DNA of 64,000 nucleotides from Macrostomum hystrix. Taxonomy: Eukaryota; Animalia; Platyhelminthes. This document shows positions 1-12,350 of the stretch, piece by piece. The first letter of the stretch is position 1, and each line of letters begins with the position of its first letter. The notes beneath the pieces are model-generated. The model had not been told where the DNA came from. It ran no database searches and saw only the letters and a list, made by a program, of their open reading frames with translations. A program made the translations under genes and the position numbers. The DNA lies in assembly GCA_950097015.1 (NCBI GenBank), contig CATNEN010000039.1:5394001-5458000 (forward strand). Reading direction: 5' to 3'.

Positions 1-1748
1 AATTAGACTCAATTCAGATAGAATTAGACTCATTTTAGATAGAATTAGACTCAATTTAGATAGAATTAGACTCAATTTAGATAGAATTAGACTCAATTTA
101 GATAGAATTAGACTCTAGATAGAATTAGACTCAATTTAGATAGAATTAGACTCAATTTAGATAGAATTAGACTCAATTTAGATAGAATTAGACTCAATTT
201 AGATAGAATTAGACTCCAGATAGAATTAGACTCAATTTAGATAGAATTAGACTCATTTCAGATAGAATTAGACTCAATTTAGATAGAATTAGACTCAATT
301 TAGATAGAATTAGACTCCAGATAGAATTAGACTCAATTTAGATAGAATTAGACTCATTTCAGATAGAATTAGACTAATTTCAGATAGAATTAGACTCATT
401 TCAGATAGAATTATACTAATTTCAGATAGAATTAGACTCTTTTCAGATAGAATTAGACTCATTTCAGATAGAATTAGACTCATTTCAGATAGAATTAGAC
501 TCATTTCAGATAGAATTAGACTCATTTCAGATAGAATTAGACTCATTTCAGATAGAATTAGACTCATTTCAGATAGAATTATACTCATTTCAGATAGAAT
601 TATACTCATTTCAGATAGAATTAGACTCATTTAGATAGAATTAGACTCATTTCAGATAGAATTAGACTCATTTTAGATAGAATTAGACTCAATTCAGATA
701 GAATTAGACTCAATTCAGATAGAATTAGACTCCAGATAGAATTAGACTCAATTTAGATAGAATTAGACTCATTTCAGATAGAATTAGACTCATTTCAGAT
801 AGAATTAGACTAATTTCAGATAGAATTAGACTCTTTTCAGATAGAATTAGACTAATTTCAGATAGAATTAGACTCATTTCAGATAGAATTAGACTAATTT
901 CAGATAGAATTAGACTCATTTCAGATAGAATTAGACTCATTTCAGATAGAATTATACTCATTTCAGATAGAATTATACTCATTTCAGATAGAATTATACT
1001 CATTTTAGATAGAATTAGACTCATTTCAGATAGAATTAGACTCATTTCAGATAGAATTAGACTCATTTTAGATAGAATTAGACTCAATTCAGATAGAATT
1101 AGACTCATTTTAGATAGAATTAGACTCAATTCAGATAGAATTAGACTCATTTTAGATAGAATTAGACTCATTTCAGATAGAATTAGACTCAATTCAGATA
1201 GAATTAGACTCATTTCAGATAGAATTAGACTCATTTCAGATAGAATTAGACTCAATTCAGATAGAATTAGACTCATTTCAGATAGAATTAGACTCATTTC
1301 AGATAGAATTATACTCATTTCAGATAGAATTATACTCATTTCAGATAGAATTATACTCATTTTAGATAGAATTAGACTCATTTCAGATAGAATTAGACTC
1401 ATTTTAGATAGAATTAGACTCAATTCAGATAGAATTAGACTCATTTCAGATAGAATTAGACTCAATTCAGATAGAATTAGACTCATTTTAGATAGAATTA
1501 GACTCAATTCAGATAGAATTAGACTCATTTTAGATAGAATTAGACTCAATTCAGATAGAATTAGACTCAATTCAGATAGAATTAGACTCATTTTAGATAG
1601 AATTAGACTCAATTCAGATAGAATTAGACTCAATTCAGATAGAATTAGACTCATTTTAGATAGAATTAGACTCAATTCAGATAGAATTAGACTCAATTCA
1701 GATAGAATTAGACTCAATTCAGATCGAATTAGACTCAATTGAGATAGA
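1..1748. repeat. 21-bp minisatellite (AATTAGACTCATTTCAGATAG)n, intronic to the LAR-like gene
   Basis: Direct tandem repetition; ORFs 310..630 and 725..1738 are its 7-aa periodic translation. Confidence 0.97.
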
Positions 1749-2564
1749 ACGCAGCTCTGTTAAATAATGGACCAGCTGACCTGTGCTCATATTTGGTAGT
1801 AAATTGTTTTATTCTCTGAGCTGCTCAAGTCGGTGAGCAACCTACATTTTTAGGACCAGGAAATTGAGCATTGTACGGAACTTCACACATTTACTGCCTA
1901 TAAAACCATAAAGGAGTGTATCAAAGTTAGCGATAGAACCAAAGGTAAAAAAGCTCACGCAGCTTTTTCATTGATCTCTGTGATCATTCTGTGCCTTTTT
2001 CCCAAAAAAGCAACAAAGGCTCAAAGGCCACTTGAAATTGAGTGTTTTGTCTCGCAAGTGTGTTCAAAATTTTATGATAATGTACAGTTTTAAGTTCCTA
2101 TGAAAATCTTCTCTTTTGCTTCGTTGTACGCCCAAAAAATCCCAATTTAGTCACGTTTCTGACTATTCCCAGTTCCCAAATTGTGTGGCTCTGTACCCAT
2201 TGTTAGCTGGGTGGGTAAAAAGCGAGTGTTGAAAATAATGGAAACGAGCACTTCCTGCATTAGCCAGAGCTGAACTGTATTACAGAGGCCTTTGAGCTGG
2301 CTCTAATCCCCCGAAGCATTCACGCTAATCTCCCAAACGCAATGAGCTTGACAACTCGCTCTATAACTTCTCATCCATACAATTTTCGCTTAATTTCATT
2401 CATTCTAAAATAGGCCTATAGCGATTGTGTTTCGCGGTCGCTGATTGCTGTGACAGTCTGTCACTCAGCCAGTCAAACTTGTTCCAACTGCTTCAACTTT
2501 TTGCTTCAACTTTCGGCCCAGCGACCGCAGGAAATTTCCCTGCCAAGCCGTTGAGCCGTTGAGC

Positions 2565-2808
2565 GGGCAATGGCACATCATTTGGTGACACTAGACCCGC
2601 AGCCAGCGAGGAGGCAATTCTGCCCGCTGTCTCCTGAGCACACACGCACGCCGATACTGTACACAGGCACACTCTCCAACAGGTGTGTACATCTGCCCTG
2701 ACTTTCTCATCGCCAGGCAGTTTACACTCTCACTGTGCCTTTGAGGTTGGCCCTCAAGGGCGTAAATTGCACGACAATCCCCCAAGCCTTCCCTCCGCGG
2801 CTGCGCCC
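2565..2808 (-). mobile_element. SINE family A, copy lacking the tRNA-like head
   Basis: Closely similar to 54125-55137 (minus the MITE) and 61153-61418, e.g. CTAGACCCGCAGCCAGCGAGGAGGCAATTCTGCCC and GGGCGTAAATTGCACGACAA. Confidence 0.8.
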
Positions 2809-3245
2809 AAAATAAGGTTTTAGGGAGGAAGGTTTTAGGGAATGATAAGTTTTGGTTTTCTAGTAACTTTTTTGGGAGTGAAGACTTTATTAAATAGAAA
2901 TAGTAGGATGACAGATGGATATGACACCTGGGTGTACAACCAGTGTCACGGCCGCTGCTATTGTGCAGTGTACAGCCTCTCAGTCCATGGACAGGGGAGG
3001 CCGTCTCACCCGCATCAATTTCTACCGCATCCAGCAAGTTTAGAATGAAACTAGGACAGAACAATTTGGTTCGCGCCCATTGTATTTCTTGTTAAAGTAC
3101 TTTGTTGGCATGCTAAGCAAGTGAATTGGCCAAAGACGGATGAATTGCTGAGACAGTGTGAGTGGAAGGTGCTCAATATAATTTCTTCCTTCGCTGCCCT
3201 CCCACTTTCTTGACCCTGCCTACTCAGGCGTACTCGGTGGCTCAC

Positions 3246-3275
3246 ATTTTTCGCCTTTCAAATAATATCCTCCCG
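3246..3275 (-). CDS. Candidate 30-nt micro-exon of the LAR-like gene (TGGYYLKGEK)
   Basis: Minus strand CTACTTCAG|CG GGA GGA TAT TAT TTG AAA GGC GAA AAA T|GTGAGC; phase 1-1, open in the frame of the preceding exon; weak polypyrimidine tract. Confidence 0.3.
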
Positions 3276-3664
3276 CTGAAGTAGGCCCCATGAGTTCAAA
3301 GCTCAGCAGCTCATTGAGAGCTTCGGTCAGCTTCCGCTGGCTCGCTCTTAAGTCCCGAAAGCGATCAGGGCTGACGTCTCCGAGTCTCTGAGCTCAAAAT
3401 CTGGCTTAGGAATTCGAGGCCACGCCTTAGCAACCGAGATGGGAACTTTTAAATTTATATACACGATAGGATTCTGAAATACTAAACCATCGTACTCCAG
3501 AAAAATGGATGAGACGGCTTTGAGCACTGCTCAGATTGCAAGTCTGAGCGCTCCATTTCAAACCCAGCAGATTTATTTTAGAATTTTCGAAAGCTATTTT
3601 ATTAGCTTCTTATTTGGCTCTGCGAGACTATGCAAAGAAGCGCAAGAAATTGATGTTCTCTTAC

Positions 3665-3838
3665 TTTTGGTGAGCTGGTATCTGGGTAGACTCAAATCCA
3701 GACGAATGTTCGATCGGATCCACTCGTGCCGCATCGGCTGCGCGCCCTCTGCCAGACAGTTCAGCTCCACTCGCTGATCGGACTCGCTGACTAGCAGCCT
3801 CGGCTGCACCACAATGTGAGGAAACCCGGGCGGTCCGG
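3665..3838 (-). CDS. LAR-family receptor, coding exon 3 (N-terminal half of Ig2)
   Basis: CCCGCAG acceptor, GTAAG donor, phase 1-1; PPGFPHIVVQPRLLVSESDQRVELNCLAEGAQPMRHEW aligns by eye with LAR PPGFPSIDMGPQLKVVE...MLCAAGGNPDPEISW. Confidence 0.85.
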
Positions 3839-3840
3839 CT

Positions 3841-4063
3841 GCGGGCGGAGGGGGTGGGGCAGAGGGGGCGTCTGCGATAGTGGCGCGCGGAGGGGGTGGG
3901 GCAGAGGGGACGGCTGCGATAGTGGCGCGCGGAGGGGGTGAGGCAGAGGGGACGGCTGCGATAGTGGCGGGCGGAGGGGGTGGGGCAGAGGGGACGTCTG
4001 CGATTGTGGCGGGCGGAGGGGGTGGGGCAGAGGTGGCGGCGGCGATAGTGGCGGGCGGAGGGT
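3841..4063. repeat. 39-bp GC-rich tandem repeat filling the intron 3839-4096
   Basis: About 5.5 copies of GGCGGAGGGGGTGGGGCAGAGGGGACGGCTGCGATAGTG-like units. Confidence 0.9.
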
Positions 4064-4096
4064 AAAGGGCACAAATCACGAAGCAGAGAGCCTCAC

Positions 4097-4414
4097 GCGA
4101 GCCAGGCGCAAACACGTAGAGAGTGGCGTTCGCCATCGCGGGCGCCAGCGCGACTGCGTTTCTGGCGACGCAAGTCACCACTGCGCCGTTGTGCTGCTCC
4201 GCGTCTAGAGTGTCAATCTTCAGCACCTGGCCGAATGCAATGCTGAACGCGTAGTAGCGGCTGCTACCCTGCAGAGCGTTCAGAGACACCGGCCGACCAT
4301 TCAGCAGCCATTGAATCTCAGGCGCCGGACTGCCCTCGGCTCGGCAGTACAGCAATGCCGCGGAGCCGTGAAGCATTCGCAGCGTCTCCGGGCCCTGAAC
4401 AATGCGCGCATCCT
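4097..4414 (-). CDS. LAR-family receptor, coding exon 2 (Ig1, I-set Ig domain)
   Basis: CCCGCAG acceptor, GTGAGG donor, 318 nt, phase 1-1; LYCRAEGSPAPEIQW...VLKI...VTCVARN...ATLYV carries the Ig C-W-C pattern. Confidence 0.9.
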
Positions 4415-4608
4415 CTGCGGGTGGTCAGTTTAAATGGTGTCGGTCAGTTTTCTAGGTTTACACATTCCGCCATCGTTCCATCTGCGAACGAGAACCTGCG
4501 TGGATACCTGGCATCAGTAGCACCCACCTGTCAGCTGTCTCCCGTGTACTTTTACCCCCATCCCCAAAGTCTTCTTTTCTAACACAGAATAGAAGCCATT
4601 CTCTTGAG

Positions 4609-4610
<2 letters not shown>

Positions 4611-4646
<36 letters not shown>
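4611..4646. repeat. (CTG)n microsatellite; a second run at about 5281-5305
   Basis: Direct reading. Confidence 0.9.
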
Positions 4647-4647
<1 letters not shown>

Positions 4648-5610
4648 AACCATTGGCGCAGTTTGCAGTGCTGACTTGAGGTTCCACTCTATGAGGACTC
4701 TCCAATAATAACTTGATTGTCTTTCATTCAAGTTTTGGAAAACAATGAACAAAATTTAGAGCGCGTGGGAAAATTGAAGACAAAGCACAGCTGCCTGCTC
4801 AACCAGCGATCGATACTGTTAATGCCGCGCTGTTCGATGTTATTTTTTATTAAAATTTACAGTTTTTTGACAGAAATACTGTCATTAGAGTTATTTGTCA
4901 CGAAGATCACAAACTCTGTCAGCTGTGGTGAGTATATGCTGTGAGCACAACAGCTTTGAGCTGTCAGATCCGCGATTTCGTCTCCGTGAGCCTATGCTCA
5001 TGCAATTTCTAAGCATTGGGAGCTCCTGATCTCAATGTCAAACGCCCGCCATCTAGGGGTAGCGCGTAGCTTTGTGGGATCGGTTTGGACAGGTAAAGAT
5101 ACGCATTGTCGGTGCTAATTAATTATTCACTAGCTAGTCTCTCTGGTTGCTGTATCCGGGCTGGCTTGCTGGCTCTCAGTGGCATCACACTTTTCAGTGC
5201 TCAACATTTCAAAGGCCTGCCTCTGTCTCTATGCGGACTTACTGCGATCAAAGTCTACGAAATAATAGCTCTCTGAATCGCTGCTGCTGCTGCTGCTGCT
5301 GCTGCCGATTTTGTCGAATTCAATAGCAGCTGCCGCTGTAAATGCATTGGCGGCCAATCGTGGCGATGCTGTCACATGCCTCGCACAATGAATATGACGT
5401 CATAAGTTAAGGATTTTTTCTATGCACATGAAGAGATCAGGCACGCGAGAAAGGGATGGGATTTCGCCAGCTCGGGACAGTATATTGGGCGGCCCAAGAT
5501 GATTTGAGGTAAAATAGAAAACGGTCGATTTCGCTTTTTGTGCCATAGACAAACCTGTTGCGAGTTTTGGACCTTGATTATTATTTTTTTCGGATTACGC
5601 TGAAAACTAA

Positions 5611-5980
5611 GTCACTGCATCCTCAGTCACTCCCCTGCACCCTCAGTCACTCCCCTGCACCCTCAGTCACTCCCCTGCACCCTCAGTCACTCCCCTGCAC
5701 CCTCAGTCACTCCCCTGCACCCTCAGTCACTCCCCTGCACCCTCAGTCACTCCCCTGCACCCTCAGTCACTCCCCTGCACCCTCAGTCACTCCCCTGCAC
5801 CCTCAGTCACTCCCCTGCACCCTCAGTCACTCCCCTGCACCCTCAGTCACTCCCCTGCACCCTCAGTCACTCCCCTGCACCCTCAGTCACTCCCCTGCAC
5901 CCTCAGTCACTCCCTCAGTCACTCTCCTATGATCTCAGTCACTCACCAGCACTCTCGGCCACTTTCTCAGTCACTCTCAG
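5611..5980. repeat. 20-bp minisatellite (CCTCAGTCACTCCCCTGCAC)n
   Basis: About 14 perfect units with degenerate edges. Confidence 0.97.
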
Positions 5981-6380
5981 AGTCTGGAGGGCTGCGATCG
6001 GGATTGCTGGTTTCGGCATTACAAGGCCTCGGTAACCCCGATAGAAGAAAGTTGTTGTGGCAGGTCAAGCCCTAGCTTTGATTCATTCCGCGAAGATCAA
6101 TCACCCTGCCCCTGAATGCAGGAAATCTCAAATTTTGCCGAGCAAAAAGTGAAAGATTTACGATCCGGCCTGAAGCAACTGCAAAATTCTCAGACTGTTC
6201 GCTCTCTTGGTCATGCCAATAATTTTTTCAAGCGGAATAATTTATGCTAATTTTTCTTTTAGGTCAAAACATTTCGAATTTTAGAGGCGCAAACAAAACA
6301 GGTTCGACTTGCAACTTCTAACATTTCTTGACTCTAGACAACCAAAGCTCAACTAATCTCAATTAGATATGCCTACACAT

Positions 6381-7274
6381 TCTCACCCAGTCTCACCTAA
6401 TCTTATCTAGATCTCTCTAACCAATCTCACCCAGTCTCACCTAATCTTATCTAGATCTCTCTAACCAATCTCACAAAATCTCACCTAATCTTATCTAGAT
6501 CTCTCTAACCAATCTCACAAAATCTCACCTAATCTTATCTAGATCTCTCTAACCAATCTCACAAAATCTCACCTAATCTTATCTAGATCTCTCTAACCAA
6601 TCCCACAAAATCTCACCTAATCTTATCTAGATCTCTCTAACCAATCTCACAAAATCTCACCTAATCTTATCTAGATCTCTCTAACCAATCTCACAAAATC
6701 TCACCTAATCTTATCTAGATCTCTCTAACCAATCTCACAAAATCTCACCTAATCTTATCTAGATCTCTCTAACCAATCCCACAAAATCTCACCTAATCTT
6801 ATCTAGATCTCTCTAACCAATCTCACAAAATCTCACCTAATCTTATCTAAATCTCTCTAACCAATCTCACAAAATCTCACCTAATCTTATCTAGATCTCT
6901 AACCAATCTCACAAAATCTCACCTAATCTTATCTAGATCTCTCTAACCAATCTCACAAAATCTCACCTAATCTTATCTAGATCTCTCTAACCAATCTCAC
7001 AAAATCTCACCTAATCTTATCTAGATCTCTCTAACCAATCTCACAAAATCTCACCTAATCTTATCTAAATCTCTCTAACCAATCTCACAAAATCTCACCT
7101 AATCTTATCTAGATCTCTCTAACCAATCTCACAAAATCTCACCTATTCTCATCCAATCTCACCGATCTCTCTAACCAGATTTCAGCCAAATCTCACCCAT
7201 TTCTCTGTAGCCCAATCTCACCCATTTCTCTGTAGCCCAATCTCCCCCATTTCTCTGTAGCCCAATCTCACCCA
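6381..7274. repeat. 44-bp minisatellite (TCTCACCTAATCTTATCTAGATCTCTCTAACCAATCTCACAAAA)n followed by 3 x 25-bp units
   Basis: Direct tandem repetition. Confidence 0.95.
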
Positions 7275-7699
7275 CTTTTCGCCTCGCAGAATATCTCGCA
7301 CTCCATCGCTGTGAAACTGTGACCCTTAAAGGATTCTCTTTCCAACTCTCAGCAATGCCCGGCCCTCAGTTCCCTAAATGCAATTTACCCAATGAAGGCT
7401 TCTAGAAGCATCAACCCGATCGGGGGCAAGGCTATTTAAGCTGAGAGTATGCGGCACTGGGTTTAGAGATGATGAGGCATAGAAACCTTCCTCCGAGTAG
7501 TAGCTACGGTACTTCGATGGATTGACCTTGATCAATTGTTAAAACTTATTTCTTTTTTGCTCCGAATCTCGCTGCTATCGCTGACTAAAAGGGGACAAAA
7601 ACTATAAAAAGAAATGCGTAGAATCTCTCTTTATCGCAAAGGATTTATTATTCCCAGTTTACGAGCTAGTTTATTTTTCTTCCCTGTCAAAGGCCGCGC

Positions 7700-7830
7700 T
7701 GACCTGGGCAGCTGTAGACTCTAACTAGGAGGCCTGAAGTTCGATTCTGCAGCGAGGCCATATCCATTTGGGGCGCAGGCCGCCGTGTACAATATCTGCG
7801 TGCGTTTGTGCTCAGGAGTCAGCGGAATGG
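7700..7830 (+). mobile_element. Degenerate, internally deleted SINE family A copy
   Basis: B-box GTTCGATTC, then GCGAGGCCA..TGGGGCGCAG and GTGCTCAGGAGTCAGCG matching the reverse complement of 54125-55137. Confidence 0.6.
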
Positions 7831-7939
7831 ACAGAAATGCCTTCCATCCCTCCCCTGTCCACGGACTGAACAGCTGTACACAGCCTTTGGAAGCGCGGCA
7901 GTCTTAGATTGTAATAATTAATAATGATTGATTGTACCT

Positions 7940-8206
7940 GCCCCAATAGGGTCAGAAGTGCAGCCGACAGGACAGCCGCATCTGAAGGCTGCGTACGGCT
8001 GTTCAGTCCATGGACTGGGGGGACGCCACATCACCCTTAATTACCCCCCAGCCAATGCTGGTACCCATTTAACAGCTGGGTGAACTGAAGCCATACAGAG
8101 TTAAGGGTCTTGCTAAAGGACACAATTTGTTCCAGTGAAGTCGGGAATCGAACCCCCGACCTTCAAGTCGTGAGTCCGACTCTCTAACTACTAGGCTACA
8201 TCGCCC
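7940..8206 (-). mobile_element. tRNA-derived, CORE-like SINE (family B)
   Basis: Minus strand A-box TAGCCTAGTAG and B-box GGTTCGATTCC, then GTGTCCTTTAGCAAGACCCTTAAC...CAGTTCACCCAGCTGTTAAATGGGTACC; related fragments near 2193-2216, 2968-3010 and (inverted) 7844-7885. Confidence 0.75.
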
Positions 8207-8379
8207 TTGTAAAACATTTACACTGTACTGTAGTTAAAATACATAAATGAGAAAAAATTTGACTTCATTTTAAACTTGATTATAACAAAAATTAACTTTC
8301 TTTTTTAATGACCACCTAAATAATTCAGGTGCTAGCATCTAGAAGTCCTTATCAAGCCCCCACAGAAAAGCCAGCTCAC

Positions 8380-8533
8380 TTATATAATCCTCCAGCATTG
8401 AAGCTGACGACAAAATCGCGTCCATGCTGTCGGCGTGGCAGACCAATATCCCAAGCAGGGGGCCCAGCAGCAGAGTGAGCAGTTCTCGGATGAGCACAGG
8501 CCTGACCGGCCTGAGCAGCCGGCACTCTCTCAT
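8380..8533 (-). CDS. LAR-family receptor, coding exon 1 (signal peptide)
   Basis: AAAAAGCATG start; basic n-region, hydrophobic LLTLLLGPLLGILVCHA, GTGAGC donor in phase 1 that joins exon 4414 in frame (EDYI-K-DARIVQGP). Confidence 0.8.
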
Positions 8534-8559
8534 GCTTTTTTGTTTTAAATCGCGCGGTA

Positions 8560-8780
8560 CAGTTACTTCCGTTTCTTAAACATTGCCTGTCTGTTTTCTT
8601 TCCCCAGTCAATTCCGCCGTCTATCAGAAGAATCAGACTTTTCGCAGTTTCTCAGAGTCTGCTCCTGTTTTTTGTAGTGGCTTTTTTGTTGTTGCTAGAA
8701 TTTTTATTGGACTTCGCTACAAAGTAAAATTTGTTTGAGACAGCCAATGAGGCTACAGGATCTGCTGGACCAATGAGAAT
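8560..8780. promoter_or_regulatory. Possible promoter/5' region of the LAR-like gene
   Basis: Two CCAATGAG boxes (about 8745 and 8770) and an ETS-like ACTTCCG (about 8565) upstream of the ATG; motif-only evidence. Confidence 0.3.
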
Positions 8781-9030
8781 ACAGCATCCTCTCCGACATG
8801 TCCCTCATCCTTCAAAGTGCTTGCCTGTGTTTTCTTACCTGCAAAATTTATAGTCTTGCGCTGCTTTGTTGACAGGAAAAACTAAAAAACGACATTGTCC
8901 GTTTTTCATTTAAAACTCTGAAGAATCGCCACCTTTGTTGGACTTAAAATATTTCTCATTGCCACTCTAACTGAATCCAAATTTCTCACCGTGGATATGT
9001 CATCTCTAGATAATATCTACTCTCTTTTAT

Positions 9031-11570
9031 CTATCCTAGATCAATCTCTAATATCCCAGATCAATCTCTAATATCCTAGATCAATCTCTAATATCCTAGA
9101 TCAATCTCTAATATCCCAGATCAATCTCTAATATCCCAGATCAATCTCTAATATCCCAGATCAATCTCTAATATCCTAAATTAATCTATAATATCCCAGA
9201 TCAATCTCTAATATCCTAGATCAATCTCTAATATCCTAGATCAATCTCTATTATCCTAGATCAATCTCTAATATCCCAGATCAATCTCTAATATTCCAGA
9301 TCAATCTCTAATATCCTAAATTAATCTATAATATCCCAGATCAATCTCTAATATCCTAGATCAATCTCTAATATCCTAGATCAATCTCTATTATCCTAGA
9401 TCAATCTCTAATATCCCAGATCAATCTCTAATATTCCAGATCAATCTCTAATATCCCAGATCAATCTCTAATATCCCAGATCAATCTCTAATATCCCAGA
9501 TCAATCTCTAATATCCCAGATCAATCTCTAATATCCCAGATCAATCTATAATATCCTAGATCAATCTCTAATATCCCAGATCAATCTCTAATATCCTAAA
9601 TTAATCTCTAATATCCCAGATCAATCTCTAATATCCCAGATCAATCTCTAATATCCTAAATTAATCTCTAATATCCCAGATCAATCTCTAATATCCTAGA
9701 TCAATCTCTAATATCCTAGATCAATCTCTAATATCCTAGATCAATCTCTAATATCCTAGATCAATCTCTAATATCCCAGATCAATCTCTAATATCCTAGA
9801 TCAATCTCTAATATCCCAGATCAATCTCAAATATCCCAGATCAATCTCTAATATCCTAGATCAATCTCTAATATCCCAGATCAATCTCTAATATCCTAGA
9901 TCAATCTCTAATATCCTAGATCAATCTCTAATATCCCAGATCAATCTCTAATATCCTAGATCAATCTCTAATATCCCAGATCAATCTCAAATATCCCAGA
10001 TCAATCTCTAATATCCTAGATCAATCTCTAATATCCCAGATCAATCTCTAATATCCCAGATCAATCTCTAATATCCCAGATCAATCTCTAATATCCCAGA
10101 TCAATCTCTAATATCCTAAATTAATCTATAATATCCCAGATCAATCTCTAATATCCTAGATCAATCTCTAATATCCTAGATCAATCTCTATTATCCTAGA
10201 TCAATCTCTAATATCCCAGATCAATCTCTAATATTCCAGATCAATCTCTAATATCCTAAATTAATCTATAATATCCCAGATCAATCTCTAATATCCTAGA
10301 TCAATCTCTAATATCCTAGATCAATCTCTATTATCCTAGATCAATCTCTAATATCCCAGATCAATCTCTAATATTCCAGATCAATCTCTAATATCCCAGA
10401 TCAATCTCTAATATCCCAGATCAATCTCTAATATCCCAGATCAATCTCTAATATCCCAGATCAATCTCTAATATCCCAGATCAATCTATAATATCCTAGA
10501 TCAATCTCTAATATCCCAGATCAATCTCTAATATCCTAAATTAATCTCTAATATCCCAGATCAATCTCTAATATCCCAGATCAATCTCTAATATCCTAAA
10601 TTAATCTCTAATATCCCAGATCAATCTCTAATATCCTAGATCAATCTCTAATATCCCAGATCAATCTCTAATATCCTAGATCAATCTCTAATATCCTAGA
10701 TCAATCTCTAATATCCCAGATCAATCTCTAATATCCTAGATCAATCTCTAATATCCCAGATCAATCTCAAATATCCCAGATCAATCTCTAATATCCTAGA
10801 TCAATCTCTAATATCCCAGATCAATCTCTAATATCCTAGATCAATCTCTAATATCCTAGATCAATCTCTAATATCCCAGATCAATCTCTAATATCCTAGA
10901 TCAATCTCTAATATCCCAGATCAATCTCAAATATCCCAGATCAATCTCTAATATCCTAGATCAATCTCTAATATCCCAGATCAATCTCTAATATCCCAGA
11001 TCAATCTCTAATATCCCAGATCAATCTCTAATATCCCAGATCAATCTATAATATCCTAGATCAATCTCTAATATCCTAGATCAATCTCTAATATCCTAGA
11101 TCAATCTCTAATATCCTAGATCAATCTCTAATATCCCAGATCAATCTCTAATATCCCAGATCAATTTCTAATATCCCAGATCAATCTCTAATATCCTAGA
11201 TCAATCTATAATATCCTAGATCAATCTCTAATATCCCAGATCAATCTCTAATATCCCAGATCAATCTCTAATATCCCAGATCAATCTCTAATATCCCAGA
11301 TCAATCTCTAATATCCCAGATCAATCTCTAATATCCCAGATCAATTTCTAATATCCCAGATCAATCTCTAATATCCCAGATCAATCTCTAATATCCCAGA
11401 TCAATCTCTAATATCCCAGATCAATCTCTAATATCCTAGATCAATCTATAATATCCTAGATCAATCTCTAATATCCCAGATCAATCTCTAATATCCCAGA
11501 TCAATCTCTAATATCCCAGATCAATCTCTAATATCCTAGATTAATCACTAATCTCATAGATCAGTATATA
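9031..11570. repeat. 20-bp minisatellite (TCAATCTCTAATATCCYAGA)n
   Basis: About 125 units in register. Confidence 0.98.
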
Positions 11571-12094
11571 ATCACCCCAGTTGACTCTAATGAATATTAA
11601 TCCCCAACAAGAAATGTTGATATATTTCAATCAATGTATCAAATCCAGCTTTGATAAGCATCAGAATCCACCCTCAGCATCAGGGAGTCATTCTGTCATT
11701 CTTTCTCATTGTTTTGCACTTTCTTGCTGCCGTGTCCATTTTCCAGTTTTCTACATGAAAATTCTGTCCCGGCTCTCCGCACTGGCCATGCCACAGAGAT
11801 TATTGCTTAACAATCTTCAGCCCAGTTGCTGGCCAACAACAGTCCGCCATTATTAATAATTCAGCTTGAGTGCGATGCAAGGCCGCAACAGGAAGCCGCG
11901 GGTTCCCCAGTTGCTGAGTGGCATGTTAGTGCCTGCTCTAACATGTGCCAATTCTCCGTAGATTAATTGTTTACCCAATTTTCCTATTTCTAGCTGGCAC
12001 AGAGAGCACTTTGCTTAGCTGCCTACTGTCAGTAGAACAGAAAGAATATTTATTCGGAAAATAAGTTTTTTAAATTGAAAAAAGTGGAATATGT

Positions 12095-12350
12095 TAAAGG
12101 AAAGGAAAGGGGAGAGTGGAACATGGATAGGGAAGGGGAAAGGTAATAATAGAATTGGGATAGGAGAGAGGAAGGGTGAGAGTTGAACGTAGAGAGAGGA
12201 TAAGAAAGGTGAGAGGATAAGGGAGAGGAAAGGGAAGAGAAAGGGGAGAGTGGAATGGGGATAGAGTAGAGGAAAGGGGAGAGAATGGGGAGAGGAAAGG
12301 GGAGAGAAAGGGGAGAGGAGAGGAACTGCGGGAAAGGAAAGGAGAGAAAA
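12095..12350. repeat. Purine-rich (GA) low-complexity tract
   Basis: GGGGAGAG/GGAAAG degenerate repeats. Confidence 0.8.

Noticed and set aside
3594-4376. Single-exon 260-aa ORF
   Set aside because: Better explained as two Ig exons plus an in-frame repeat intron with canonical splice sites
8130-8206. tRNA gene
   Set aside because: A/B boxes run directly into a SINE body; no complete cloverleaf
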